DNA from: a virus
Lineage: Duplodnaviria > Caudoviricetes
Direction: 5' to 3' (one strand)
Virus record (IMG/VR): IMGVR_UViG_3300033068_001704
Location: 32,001 to 96,000 of that record
DNA: 64,000 nucleotides
Shown: in pieces, positions 56,345 to 64,000 of the stretch
Numbering within the stretch: position 1 is the stretch's first letter
How the letters are laid out: each line of letters starts with the position of its first letter
The notes under the pieces: generated by a model
Told to the model about the DNA's origin: nothing
Seen by the model: the letters and a program-made list of their open reading frames with translations, nothing else
Databases searched by the model: none
Program-made: the position numbers and the translations under genes

Positions 56345-59300
56345 GTGAGCAGGATCCTCTTCGAGTTCTTCGCCGAGGAAGGCGACGATCTTGTCATCAG
56401 CCTCGACGGGAGTGTCGATGCTGATGGCACACTCGCGGGTTCTGCCCTCAACACCCTCACTTTTGCGGGTGGGGAGGAGGTAAATCAGGGGGGAGGGATC
56501 GCGTCGGCTGAGGCCTTCGGCAGTCCCTCGTTGAGTCTCGGTCAAACGATCACGGTGTCCGCGATTGCCTCTGCTGAGGCGTTCGGGACAGCGGGGTTTG
56601 TTCAGGACCACTCTCTCACTGTGGCCTCGATCGCTTCTGCGGAAGCCTTTGGGTCCCCGGTCGTTTCCGCGGCTTCGCTGCCGACTCAGGTCATCGACCT
56701 CGGTGGGGTTTCTCAGGGGGCGCTCAACACGTTCGCCCTGAACGAACTCGCTCTTGATGATGGCGTTGTGGCGGTTGGGGGCGGGATCGCTTCCGCGGAG
56801 GCGTTCGGGACAGCGGCTGTCTCCCACACGTCCACGACTCAGACCGTGACCGTCACGGCAGGGGTCGCTTCTGCGGAGGCCTTCGGTTCCCCTGCGCTTC
56901 TAAGGACGGTCGCCCCGACCGGAATCGCGTCCGCAGAGGTCTTCGGTACGGCATCTCTCTCTCGGACGGTCGCCCCGACGGGGGTGTTGAGTGGGGAGGC
57001 GTTCGGTACCGCTGCGTTGTCTCGGACCGTTGCTCCGACTGGGATCGTCTCGGCGGAAGCCTTCGGTTCTGTTGCCCTGGCGATCTCCCCGACCGGAATC
57101 GCTTCGGCTGAGGCTTTTGGGGCTCCGGCACTTTCGAGGACCATCGCGCCGACGGGGGCCCTGAGTGCTGAGGCCTTCGGCACTGCGTCGTTTTCTCGGA
57201 CGGTCTCCCCGACCGGAATCGCTTCGGTTGAGGTCTTTGGGACCGCAGCTCTTCTGAGGACCGTTGCTCCGACGGGGGTTCTGAGCGCGGAAGCCTTCGG
57301 AACCCCGGCGCTTGCCGGGACGATCTTCCTGACGGGGATCGTCTCCACCGAGGCCTTCGGCACTGCGTCTCTGGGGAACTCCGTCCAGGCGACGGGGATC
57401 GCTTCCGCGGAGGTGTTCGGCACCGCGCAGTTGGCGCAGGTGGTTGCCCCGACTGGGGTCGTTTCGGGGGAATCGTTCGGCTCCCTCACGGTCCTTCTGG
57501 AGGCTCTCCTTCTCCCGACGGGGATTGCGTCTGGTGAAGCCTTCGGGACGGCGCAGCTCAATCGCACGCTGAGTGCGATCGGGATCGTGACTTCGGAGGC
57601 CTTCGGGTCGCCGTCTCTCCTCCAGCTCGTATCTACGACGGGGATCTCTTCGGCCGAAGCGTTCGGCACGTCCTCTCTTCGACAGACCCTCTCGGCTACC
57701 GGCATCGCGTCGGCTGAAGCGTTCGGGGGCGCGTCGTTGGCGCAGGGGGTCGAGCCTTCTGGGATCATCTCCCAGGAAGCGTTCGGGTCTCCTACTCTCC
57801 TACTGGTCCTCGAACCGACCGGGGTCGCGAGCGCGGAGGCTTTCGGGTCCGCTTCCCTTCGACAGTCCATCGAGACGACTGGCATTGCCTCGGGGGAGAC
57901 CTTCGGGACGGCGTCGTTCGACGTGGACTCCGTCATCGCCCCGGCGGGGGTGGTCTCGGCGGAGGCCTTTGGGGCACCTTCGATTGGGGGCGCTCTTCTC
58001 CCGACGGGGATCGTGTCGGCGGAAGCCTTCGGCGTCTTCACCACCATCCAGGAGGTGGTGACCGTAGGCATCCCGAGCGCGGAAGCGTTCGGCGCTCTGA
58101 CGTTGCCGATCCTGCCTCTTGGTGTTGCGAGCGCGGAAGCGTTCGGGTCCACCTCCCTCAGACAGAGTGTTGCAACAACGGGGATCGCTTCGAGCGAGGT
58201 GTTCGGGTCGGCCGACCTCCGACTGGATATCCTGCCGACCAGCATCCCCTCGTTGGAGGCGTTCGGGACCCCGGTCCTTGCCCTCCTTCTCCAGCCGGCC
58301 AGTGTTCCGAGCGGGGAGGTGTTCGGGGCCCCGAGCCTCAACCAGATCGTCTACGGGTCTGGGGTCCTCTCCCAGGAGGCGTTCGGTTCACCTTCGGTTG
58401 GCGGGGCGGTCGTACCTGCGGGGATCGCTTCGGCGGAGTCCTTCGGGTCCCCGACCCTCAACGCGACGGTGTACTTCACCGGGGTCGTCTCGGCTGAGGC
58501 TTTCGGGGCTCCGTCGATCGGAGGGGCGCTTCTCCCGACGGGGATCGCGTCCGGAGAGGCCTTCGGGGTCGCCCAGCTCGATGCCACGGTGTACTTCACC
58601 GGGCTGGCTTCTTCGGAAGCGTTCGGCACGCCCACGGTCGAGTTCCCGATCTACCCGGCGGGGGTCTCGTCTCAGGAGGCCTTCGGCTCCGCGACCCTCC
58701 TCCAGGAGTCGCTCCTACTCCCTGCGGGGATCTCGACCTCGGAAGCCTTCGGAGCCCCGTCGCTTCTTCGGACCCTCGCCCCCATCGGGGTGGTGAGCGC
58801 GGAGGCTTTCGGGTCCCCCCAGCTCAACGCGACGGTGTTCGGATCGGGGATCGCGTCGGGTGAGTTGGTCGGTATCCCGGTCGTCGGAGCCGGGGTGGTC
58901 ACGCCGGGGATCGCTTCCGCCGAAGCGTTCGGTGCCCTGACGCTCAACCAGACGGTGTACTTCACCGGTCTTTCCTCCGCAGAGGCCTTCGGGACCCCGT
59001 CGGTGGGGAGACCGATCTACGCAACGGGGATCTCTTCGGCCGAAGCGTTCGGTACGCCCTCGCTGCCTCGTTCGATCAGTCTCCCCTCGATCCCGAGCGC
59101 GGAGACCTTCGGCGTCACGTCGGTTCTTCAGTCGGTTCAGGTGACGGGGATCGCCTCGGCTGAGGCCCTCGGGGCACCCGCGGTTGTCCCCCTTGTTCGA
59201 CCGCTGGGGGTCGCTTCGGCTGAGGTCTTCGGGTCCACGACGGTGGCCACGAGGGTCAGTCTCCCCTCGATCCCGAGCGCGGAGATCTTCGGGACTCCGG

Positions 59301-60292
59301 GGATCGGGCGCCCTGTGTACCCGACGGGCATCCCGTCCACCGAGGCGTTCGGGACCCCTGCGCTGAGCGGGGCGGTTCAGGTGCCTTCGATCGCTTCTGC
59401 GGAAGCGTTCGGGTCCGTCGAGATCTCCAGGTCGATCGCGCTGACGGGAATCGCATCGGCCGAAGCTCTTGGTGCCCCGTCGGTCGGGCAGGCGGTGTAC
59501 CCGGCGGGGATCGTCTCCACGGAGGCCTTCGGGTCCACGACGTTCGACGTTGAACTCCTGGTCATCCCGGGGTCGATCAGTTCGGCGGAGGCCTTCGGTT
59601 CACCTGCTCTTGGGGGAGAGGTGGTCCCGACGGGGATCTCTTCCACCGAGGCCTTTGGAGCCCTCTCGGTCCAGAAGGTCGTCGGGCCGACGGGCATCGT
59701 CTCGGAAGAGGTCTTCGGTTCGTCCACGCTCGACCAGACGACCTACTCGATCGGCATCCCTTCCGACGAAGCCTTCGGAACGGTGTCGGTCGGACGTCCG
59801 TTCTACCCGACGGGCATCTCTTCGGCAGAGAGCTTCGGGGGACCTCAGGTTGACCTTTGGGTCGCGACCACAGGGATTGCATCTGGGGAAGCTTTCCCGG
59901 TCCCGGTCTTCGGAAGCGGCATCTTCCTCGACAGCATCCCTTCGGGGGAGGCGTTCGGGGCACCTCAGCTCGACAAGTACCCGATCGGGCCTTTCGTAGG
60001 CCAAGCAGGTCCTACTGCTCGGCCGAGGGTGTCTGGGGTTCGGATGGTCGAAGACCCGACCTTCTACCCTCACGCTCGAACCGTTCCGGACCTCGATCGC
60101 GATCGTACGGTGAGTGTACTGGGGATCGAGTCTGAGGAGACGTTCGGGATCCCCTACATGGAGAATGGGATCCAGAGCGCGGAGGCCTTCGGGGTCGCTA
60201 CGATCACGGTTTCCACCGGTCCGATGATCGTGAAGTTCATGCGGACCGGGGGGAACACGGGCGGGGGGATGGGCGCGAGCACGGTTCGGTAG
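56345..60292 (+). CDS. Giant repeat protein (~58 copies of a ~20-aa [TA]GI.S.EAFG unit); fibre candidate
   Basis: 60-nt periodicity visible in the DNA; hand count of ExFG-type units is about 58. Confidence 0.85.
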   Translation: MSRILFEFFAEEGDDLVISLDGSVDADGTLAGSALNTLTFAGGEEVNQGGGIASAEAFGSPSLSLGQTITVSAIASAEAFGTAGFVQDHSLTVASIASAEAFGSPVVSAASLPTQVIDLGGVSQGALNTFALNELALDDGVVAVGGGIASAEAFGTAAVSHTSTTQTVTVTAGVASAEAFGSPALLRTVAPTGIASAEVFGTASLSRTVAPTGVLSGEAFGTAALSRTVAPTGIVSAEAFGSVALAISPTGIASAEAFGAPALSRTIAPTGALSAEAFGTASFSRTVSPTGIASVEVFGTAALLRTVAPTGVLSAEAFGTPALAGTIFLTGIVSTEAFGTASLGNSVQATGIASAEVFGTAQLAQVVAPTGVVSGESFGSLTVLLEALLLPTGIASGEAFGTAQLNRTLSAIGIVTSEAFGSPSLLQLVSTTGISSAEAFGTSSLRQTLSATGIASAEAFGGASLAQGVEPSGIISQEAFGSPTLLLVLEPTGVASAEAFGSASLRQSIETTGIASGETFGTASFDVDSVIAPAGVVSAEAFGAPSIGGALLPTGIVSAEAFGVFTTIQEVVTVGIPSAEAFGALTLPILPLGVASAEAFGSTSLRQSVATTGIASSEVFGSADLRLDILPTSIPSLEAFGTPVLALLLQPASVPSGEVFGAPSLNQIVYGSGVLSQEAFGSPSVGGAVVPAGIASAESFGSPTLNATVYFTGVVSAEAFGAPSIGGALLPTGIASGEAFGVAQLDATVYFTGLASSEAFGTPTVEFPIYPAGVSSQEAFGSATLLQESLLLPAGISTSEAFGAPSLLRTLAPIGVVSAEAFGSPQLNATVFGSGIASGELVGIPVVGAGVVTPGIASAEAFGALTLNQTVYFTGLSSAEAFGTPSVGRPIYATGISSAEAFGTPSLPRSISLPSIPSAETFGVTSVLQSVQVTGIASAEALGAPAVVPLVRPLGVASAEVFGSTTVATRVSLPSIPSAEIFGTPGIGRPVYPTGIPSTEAFGTPALSGAVQVPSIASAEAFGSVEISRSIALTGIASAEALGAPSVGQAVYPAGIVSTEAFGSTTFDVELLVIPGSISSAEAFGSPALGGEVVPTGISSTEAFGALSVQKVVGPTGIVSEEVFGSSTLDQTTYSIGIPSDEAFGTVSVGRPFYPTGISSAESFGGPQVDLWVATTGIASGEAFPVPVFGSGIFLDSIPSGEAFGAPQLDKYPIGPFVGQAGPTARPRVSGVRMVEDPTFYPHARTVPDLDRDRTVSVLGIESEETFGIPYMENGIQSAEAFGVATITVSTGPMIVKFMRTGGNTGGGMGASTVR
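56490..60195 (+). repeat. Degenerate coding tandem repeat, ~60-bp unit
   Basis: GGGATCGC.TC.GC.GA.GC.TTCGG recurring at ~60-bp spacing. Confidence 0.85.
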
Positions 60293-60342
60293 CTCGTCCC
60301 TTTTCCGTTCGATAACCTCACGTATTTCGGGGAGTTGACACG

Positions 60343-61299
60343 ATGGCTGTAGCATTTCTACCGGGGACGACCCTCGGCCAGGGCGACCTGGACATCTTCC
60401 TGACGAATTCGGACGGGAACCCCTCGAACGCGTTCGAGATCACGTACGCGATCTACTACGTCGATCCGACCCCTCCGGAGACGGAGGTGCTCATCGGATC
60501 TCTGACCCGCATCCCGATCAATCCCAACGTCGGGGAATACTACGCATCGCTCCAGGTGCCGTCGAACGCGTCGCCGGGGACGTACCGAATCCGGTGGAGC
60601 TTCAAGCAGTTCGCCGGGTCCCCTGTCCAGCAGGTCGTACAGGAGTGGGCGGTGGTGGTTGCCGGGACGGTCACGGGTCCTGCGACCTACTCGACCGAAG
60701 CTCAGCAGATGATCGGCAAGCTGAGGATGCTTCTGCGCGATCAGAACCCGGACAAGTTCTACCACTTCCGACCGCCGGAGGCGGAGGGGAACATCGGGTC
60801 CTACAACCAGGTCTTCGGTCAGATCTGGGAAGATGCGGAGCTGTACGAGTACATCGAGCGCGGGCTCGACTGGTGGAACATGTTCCCCCCCGCGACCGAG
60901 TCCCTCAACACGATCGAGAGACTAGTGAGGGAGAAGCCGGCATGGAGGACGGCCATCCTCTGGTCGGCCATCACCCACGCGTGCTTCGCGCTCGCGATCA
61001 ACTGGGTCGCGGACGAGTTCGACTACAGCATCGGGGGGATCTCGCTCTCGATCGAGAAGTCGTCGAAGTACGAGTCCCTCAAGAGCAACGCGGAGTCTCA
61101 GTTCGACAAGGCGACCGAGGCGAAGGCCCGGACCGTGAAGTTCATCCGAGGCCTCCAGCAGCCGAAGTACGGCATCGGCATCCGCAGCGCCTTCGGTCCG
61201 AACGTGGGTCGGGGCGTCCTCTCGCCCCGGAATTTCTTGGCCTGGGGCTTTTTCTTCAGTGTTTTCGAGGTGTTGACCCAGGCATCGAGCATCGTCTGA
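60343..61299 (+). CDS. Probable neck/head-tail adaptor protein with N-terminal Ig-like domain
   Basis: GTYRIRW Ig strand; LRMLLRD, W.D.EL..Y......N..PP, FDYSIGGISLSI.KS adaptor-like pattern. Confidence 0.6.
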   Translation: MAVAFLPGTTLGQGDLDIFLTNSDGNPSNAFEITYAIYYVDPTPPETEVLIGSLTRIPINPNVGEYYASLQVPSNASPGTYRIRWSFKQFAGSPVQQVVQEWAVVVAGTVTGPATYSTEAQQMIGKLRMLLRDQNPDKFYHFRPPEAEGNIGSYNQVFGQIWEDAELYEYIERGLDWWNMFPPATESLNTIERLVREKPAWRTAILWSAITHACFALAINWVADEFDYSIGGISLSIEKSSKYESLKSNAESQFDKATEAKARTVKFIRGLQQPKYGIGIRSAFGPNVGRGVLSPRNFLAWGFFFSVFEVLTQASSIV

Positions 61300-61407
61300 G
61301 AGATTCGGACCGGATATAGGAAGGGGTATCCTATCCCCAGGACCATGGTTCTCGGTTGGTCTTCGGGAAATCTAAGGTGCAGTGGGGGTGAGGGCGTAAT
61401 AGGCCTG

Positions 61408-61896
61408 GTGGAAGCACCTACCCCTGAAGATCTCCGCCGATTCGAACTCAACCTCATCGCCGTGAAGGACTGGGGTGAGGCCCCGGAAGAAGCCCGTCTC
61501 ATCGCCGAGCGGGAGTCCAAGCAGGGCGTGCCCACCGGCATCTCTCACGATGAGAAGTTCGGTTGGGTCGTCCTTCAATCCTCCGGGCAGGGCCCGTACC
61601 TGATCTGGTGGGCGGGGGATCCCACCCTGAGCGACCTTCCGACCAACCGCGCCACGAACATCGACATCTCACTCTTCGAGAGCCGAGACTATCCTGGGAT
61701 GTTCTGGGCCCGAGCGACGGGGCGGGGTGCCGATGGGGGGGTCGTCTCAGTGGATACCCGCCAGTTCCTGGACCGCCCCACGAGTGAGAGCAAGGCGGCT
61801 GGGGATGCCGTTTACCTCTTCTTGCTCGTGAGGGGAGGCGTCGATCCGCGTCAGAGGACGGCCCAGCTCAGGCAGGCACTGGGGCGCGAGGCGTAA
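61408..61896 (+). CDS. Hypothetical protein
   Basis: GTG 61408 follows GGCGTAA box; ORF open from 61345. Confidence 0.55.
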   Translation: MEAPTPEDLRRFELNLIAVKDWGEAPEEARLIAERESKQGVPTGISHDEKFGWVVLQSSGQGPYLIWWAGDPTLSDLPTNRATNIDISLFESRDYPGMFWARATGRGADGGVVSVDTRQFLDRPTSESKAAGDAVYLFLLVRGGVDPRQRTAQLRQALGREA

Positions 61897-61903
61897 CACC
61901 CTG

Positions 61904-62929
61904 GTGTCCTCCGCAGCCAACTTCCAGAAGGCCTTCGACCAGTTCTCCGCGATCGTCGCCATGGAGAAGCAGGAGAGGTCCCGATCTCGGGAGAACCGGC
62001 TCTCCGCTCTGGAAGAGAAGAAGCTCCGGCGTGCCCTCTACGTCACCTTCACCTCGCTGATCGCGACGGGGAGGAAGTTGGCGACGTGGGGGGTCGATAC
62101 GCGTGACATCCCTCGCGGGGAAGAGAAGTTCTTCGAGATCGCGGCCAGGACGTTCCTCACGATCCGAAAGATGCCTACGGATCCACTCGTGTGGTTCGAG
62201 CGTCATCGTGGGTGGGCGGAGTACCTCCTCAAGGTGGCGGGTTGGCCGGAGAGAGTCATCGGGACCTCGCAGGTCGAGGCCGTGGGTCCGCTCCGGGTCC
62301 ACAACACGATCGGGGCTGACGCTCAGAGGTTCTCTGAGATCCTTGCTCTCGTTGGAGAGGCGAATCGCGTTCTCTCGGAGACCCTCGACTTCTCCAAGAC
62401 GTTGTACGGGGACGTCTACTTCGTGGGCCAGCTCCAGAAGGCTTCAGCGGTTGCCTGGTACTCCCTGAAGGAGGACAAGGTCTACGTCCGGCCCTTGGAG
62501 AGGAAGGGTCTCGATGACCTGGAGAGTCTTCTCCATGAGCTGGGGCACCGGTACTGGTACCGCGTCATGGACAAGACGCGACGTGAGGCGATCTCTCAGA
62601 TCTGGTTCGACCTAAGGAGCGGGTCGAAGGTCGTGGTCCCTCCGATCCGAGTCGGAGACCCGTTCCCGATCCCAGTACAAGGGCATCGGGTTCGACCTCA
62701 TGTCGTTGGAGTCGATGCGATGAACTACCGGCTGTCCACCGGTGGCCTGGTCTCACGTCGGTCTGCTGACGAGGTGGTGAAGCGGAACCTGGTGAGAGGA
62801 AGGTTCCCCTCCCTCTACTCGATGAAGGACATCACGGAGTTCTTCGCGGAGTGCTTCGCGTTCTTCGTCCTCAACCGGAAGCTGTCCCCCGAGCTGTCCG
62901 GGAGGTTTCGTTCTGCGTTGAAGGCGTAA
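61904..62929 (+). CDS. Zincin-like metallopeptidase
   Basis: LLHELGHRYW ... PSLYS....EFFAECF. Confidence 0.75.
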   Translation: MSSAANFQKAFDQFSAIVAMEKQERSRSRENRLSALEEKKLRRALYVTFTSLIATGRKLATWGVDTRDIPRGEEKFFEIAARTFLTIRKMPTDPLVWFERHRGWAEYLLKVAGWPERVIGTSQVEAVGPLRVHNTIGADAQRFSEILALVGEANRVLSETLDFSKTLYGDVYFVGQLQKASAVAWYSLKEDKVYVRPLERKGLDDLESLLHELGHRYWYRVMDKTRREAISQIWFDLRSGSKVVVPPIRVGDPFPIPVQGHRVRPHVVGVDAMNYRLSTGGLVSRRSADEVVKRNLVRGRFPSLYSMKDITEFFAECFAFFVLNRKLSPELSGRFRSALKA

Positions 62930-62936
62930 GGGGCGA

Positions 62937-63302
62937 ATGAACATACGCAAGGACTGGTTCTTCGAGGAAGAGGATCAGGCCCCTCCCCCGGTAGCGACCC
63001 GCAGGAACCTTCACACGGAAGGTGTGAAGCGGGATGCGGCCCTCGACCTACTCAAGGCGGCCAGGGCCGAGCTTATCTCCGCTGCGACCAAGATCGCTCA
63101 CCTGATCTGCGCGACGACGGGACGCGTGACTTCGGTGGAGGTCCTGGCTGAGATGGAGAAGGACCCCCGTTACGCCCAGCGCCTCAAGGAGGTCGATCCT
63201 CGTTGGATCGGGGCGGTCTTCAGGTCTGGGTGGACTCAGGTCGGGCAGGAGGCGAAGGGGTCCCATAAGCGCAAGGTCGCGATCTGGACGGTAGAGAAGT
63301 GA
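62937..63302 (+). CDS. Hypothetical (winged-helix-like) protein
   Basis: VTS.EV...DPRWIGAVF...SH.R.V..W. Confidence 0.6.
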   Translation: MNIRKDWFFEEEDQAPPPVATRRNLHTEGVKRDAALDLLKAARAELISAATKIAHLICATTGRVTSVEVLAEMEKDPRYAQRLKEVDPRWIGAVFRSGWTQVGQEAKGSHKRKVAIWTVEK

Positions 63303-63961
63303 CCAAGAGGCAGAGTCATAGCGTAGGTGGTCTCACCTTCGCGACGAAGAAGGCTCTTCTGGCTCACATCCAGTCGATTCTGTACACGTACAATACGACG
63401 GATGCTGTCAGCCAAGAGCACCAGGAGTTCCTCGTCGATCTTCTTGGTAGACACCCCAATGTGGGCGAGAAGATCGGGGTGGGGGTCCGGTCGATGCACG
63501 TTCGATCTGATGGTCATGGCGGGCAGTGTTTCGAGCTGGTTAGACACGACGGTTCGAGCACTGACTGGTCTTTCATGGTCTGTCTTCGACCCCCGCCTCT
63601 TGGGGCCGATTTCTACGCTGCTTGCCGTTGTGCGGTCAGAGATCAGGTCGAGGCATACAAGGCATCCAGGTTTGGGCGTTTCGCTACGGCGATCTGCGAC
63701 ATCTCCGGTGAAGAAGTTCTGAGAGAGTCGAGTCACGTGGACCATGTCCCTCCTCTCACGTTTCGAAAACTCGCGGACGATTTCTCCGTAGTTCACGGGA
63801 TCGATCCCGCAACGGAGCCGGTTCTCGGAATGGGTGATGGGGATACCCAGAAGTACCTGGCCAACGAGCGCACACGTTCACTCTGGAGTGCGTACCACAG
63901 GACGAACGCTCGACTTCGATTGCTGGATGCACACGTCCATCGCACTCAACCTCGGGCGTAG
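63299..63961 (+). CDS. DUF3223 (DCL-like) domain + HNH-like C-terminus
   Basis: LL.RHP...EKIG.G...QCF.L.R.DGS..DWSF..CL; C.ISG...HVDH. Confidence 0.75.
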   Translation: MTKRQSHSVGGLTFATKKALLAHIQSILYTYNTTDAVSQEHQEFLVDLLGRHPNVGEKIGVGVRSMHVRSDGHGGQCFELVRHDGSSTDWSFMVCLRPPPLGADFYAACRCAVRDQVEAYKASRFGRFATAICDISGEEVLRESSHVDHVPPLTFRKLADDFSVVHGIDPATEPVLGMGDGDTQKYLANERTRSLWSAYHRTNARLRLLDAHVHRTQPRA

Positions 63962-64000
63962 TGTAACAAGTGAGTCTCCTGCCTGACCTTCTCGAAGCGC

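Noticed and set aside
56490-60195. 60-bp periodic repeat as a CRISPR array or DGR
   Set aside because: In-frame coding repeat with third-position variation; no reverse transcriptase or adenine-specific TR/VR pair.
15943-60355. Many long minus-strand and alternate-frame ORFs (e.g. 15943-17796, 19416-21155, 23896-25371, 56839-58341)
   Set aside because: Shadows of GC3-biased + strand genes; no motifs, and they fully overlap well-supported genes.
1-64000. Genome-wide amber (TAG) recoding suggested by the CTA in the odd tRNA
   Set aside because: Conserved genes (sbcD, SbcC C-half, portal) end properly at TAG, and no core gene is fragmented.

Overview
A 64-kb segment of a large, GC-rich, tailed dsDNA phage (jumbo-phage-like); essentially every real gene is on the + strand. 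(1) 1-12.7 kb: recombination/replication/transcription module with RecA, an SbcC/Rad50 split into two distant genes, SbcD/Mre11, a Cas4/RecB-like nuclease, Pol III beta clamp, primase core, DnaX, a NusG paralog and a tandem sigma4-domain protein. (2) 12.7-34.3 kb: head module with terminase, portal, a 1394-aa HAD + topoisomerase IB + ART-like polyprotein, prohead protease, scaffold, decoration protein and HK97-fold major capsid protein, followed by a free-standing LAGLIDADG endonuclease. (3) 35.4-43.4 kb: accessory island rich in ribosome-rescue and anti-defence functions: a Tad2/DUF2829-like protein, two different Pth2-family hydrolases, NUDIX, two stop-codon-interrupted leader mini-ORFs, an atypical tRNA and a tmRNA. 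(4) 43.4-61.3 kb: further virion genes, including an RNase-like/SWIM polyprotein, a duplicated gene pair and a protein with about 58 copies of a 20-aa repeat. (5) 61.4-64 kb: accessory genes. The best candidates for undescribed biology are a translation-stress and rescue module apparently gated by in-frame stop-codon leaders and ending in a non-canonical tRNA, and a set of multi-enzyme virion-cargo polyproteins punctuated by [K/R]-x-A motifs that may be prohead-protease cleavage or packaging signals. All family calls come from motif recognition by eye; no database search was run.
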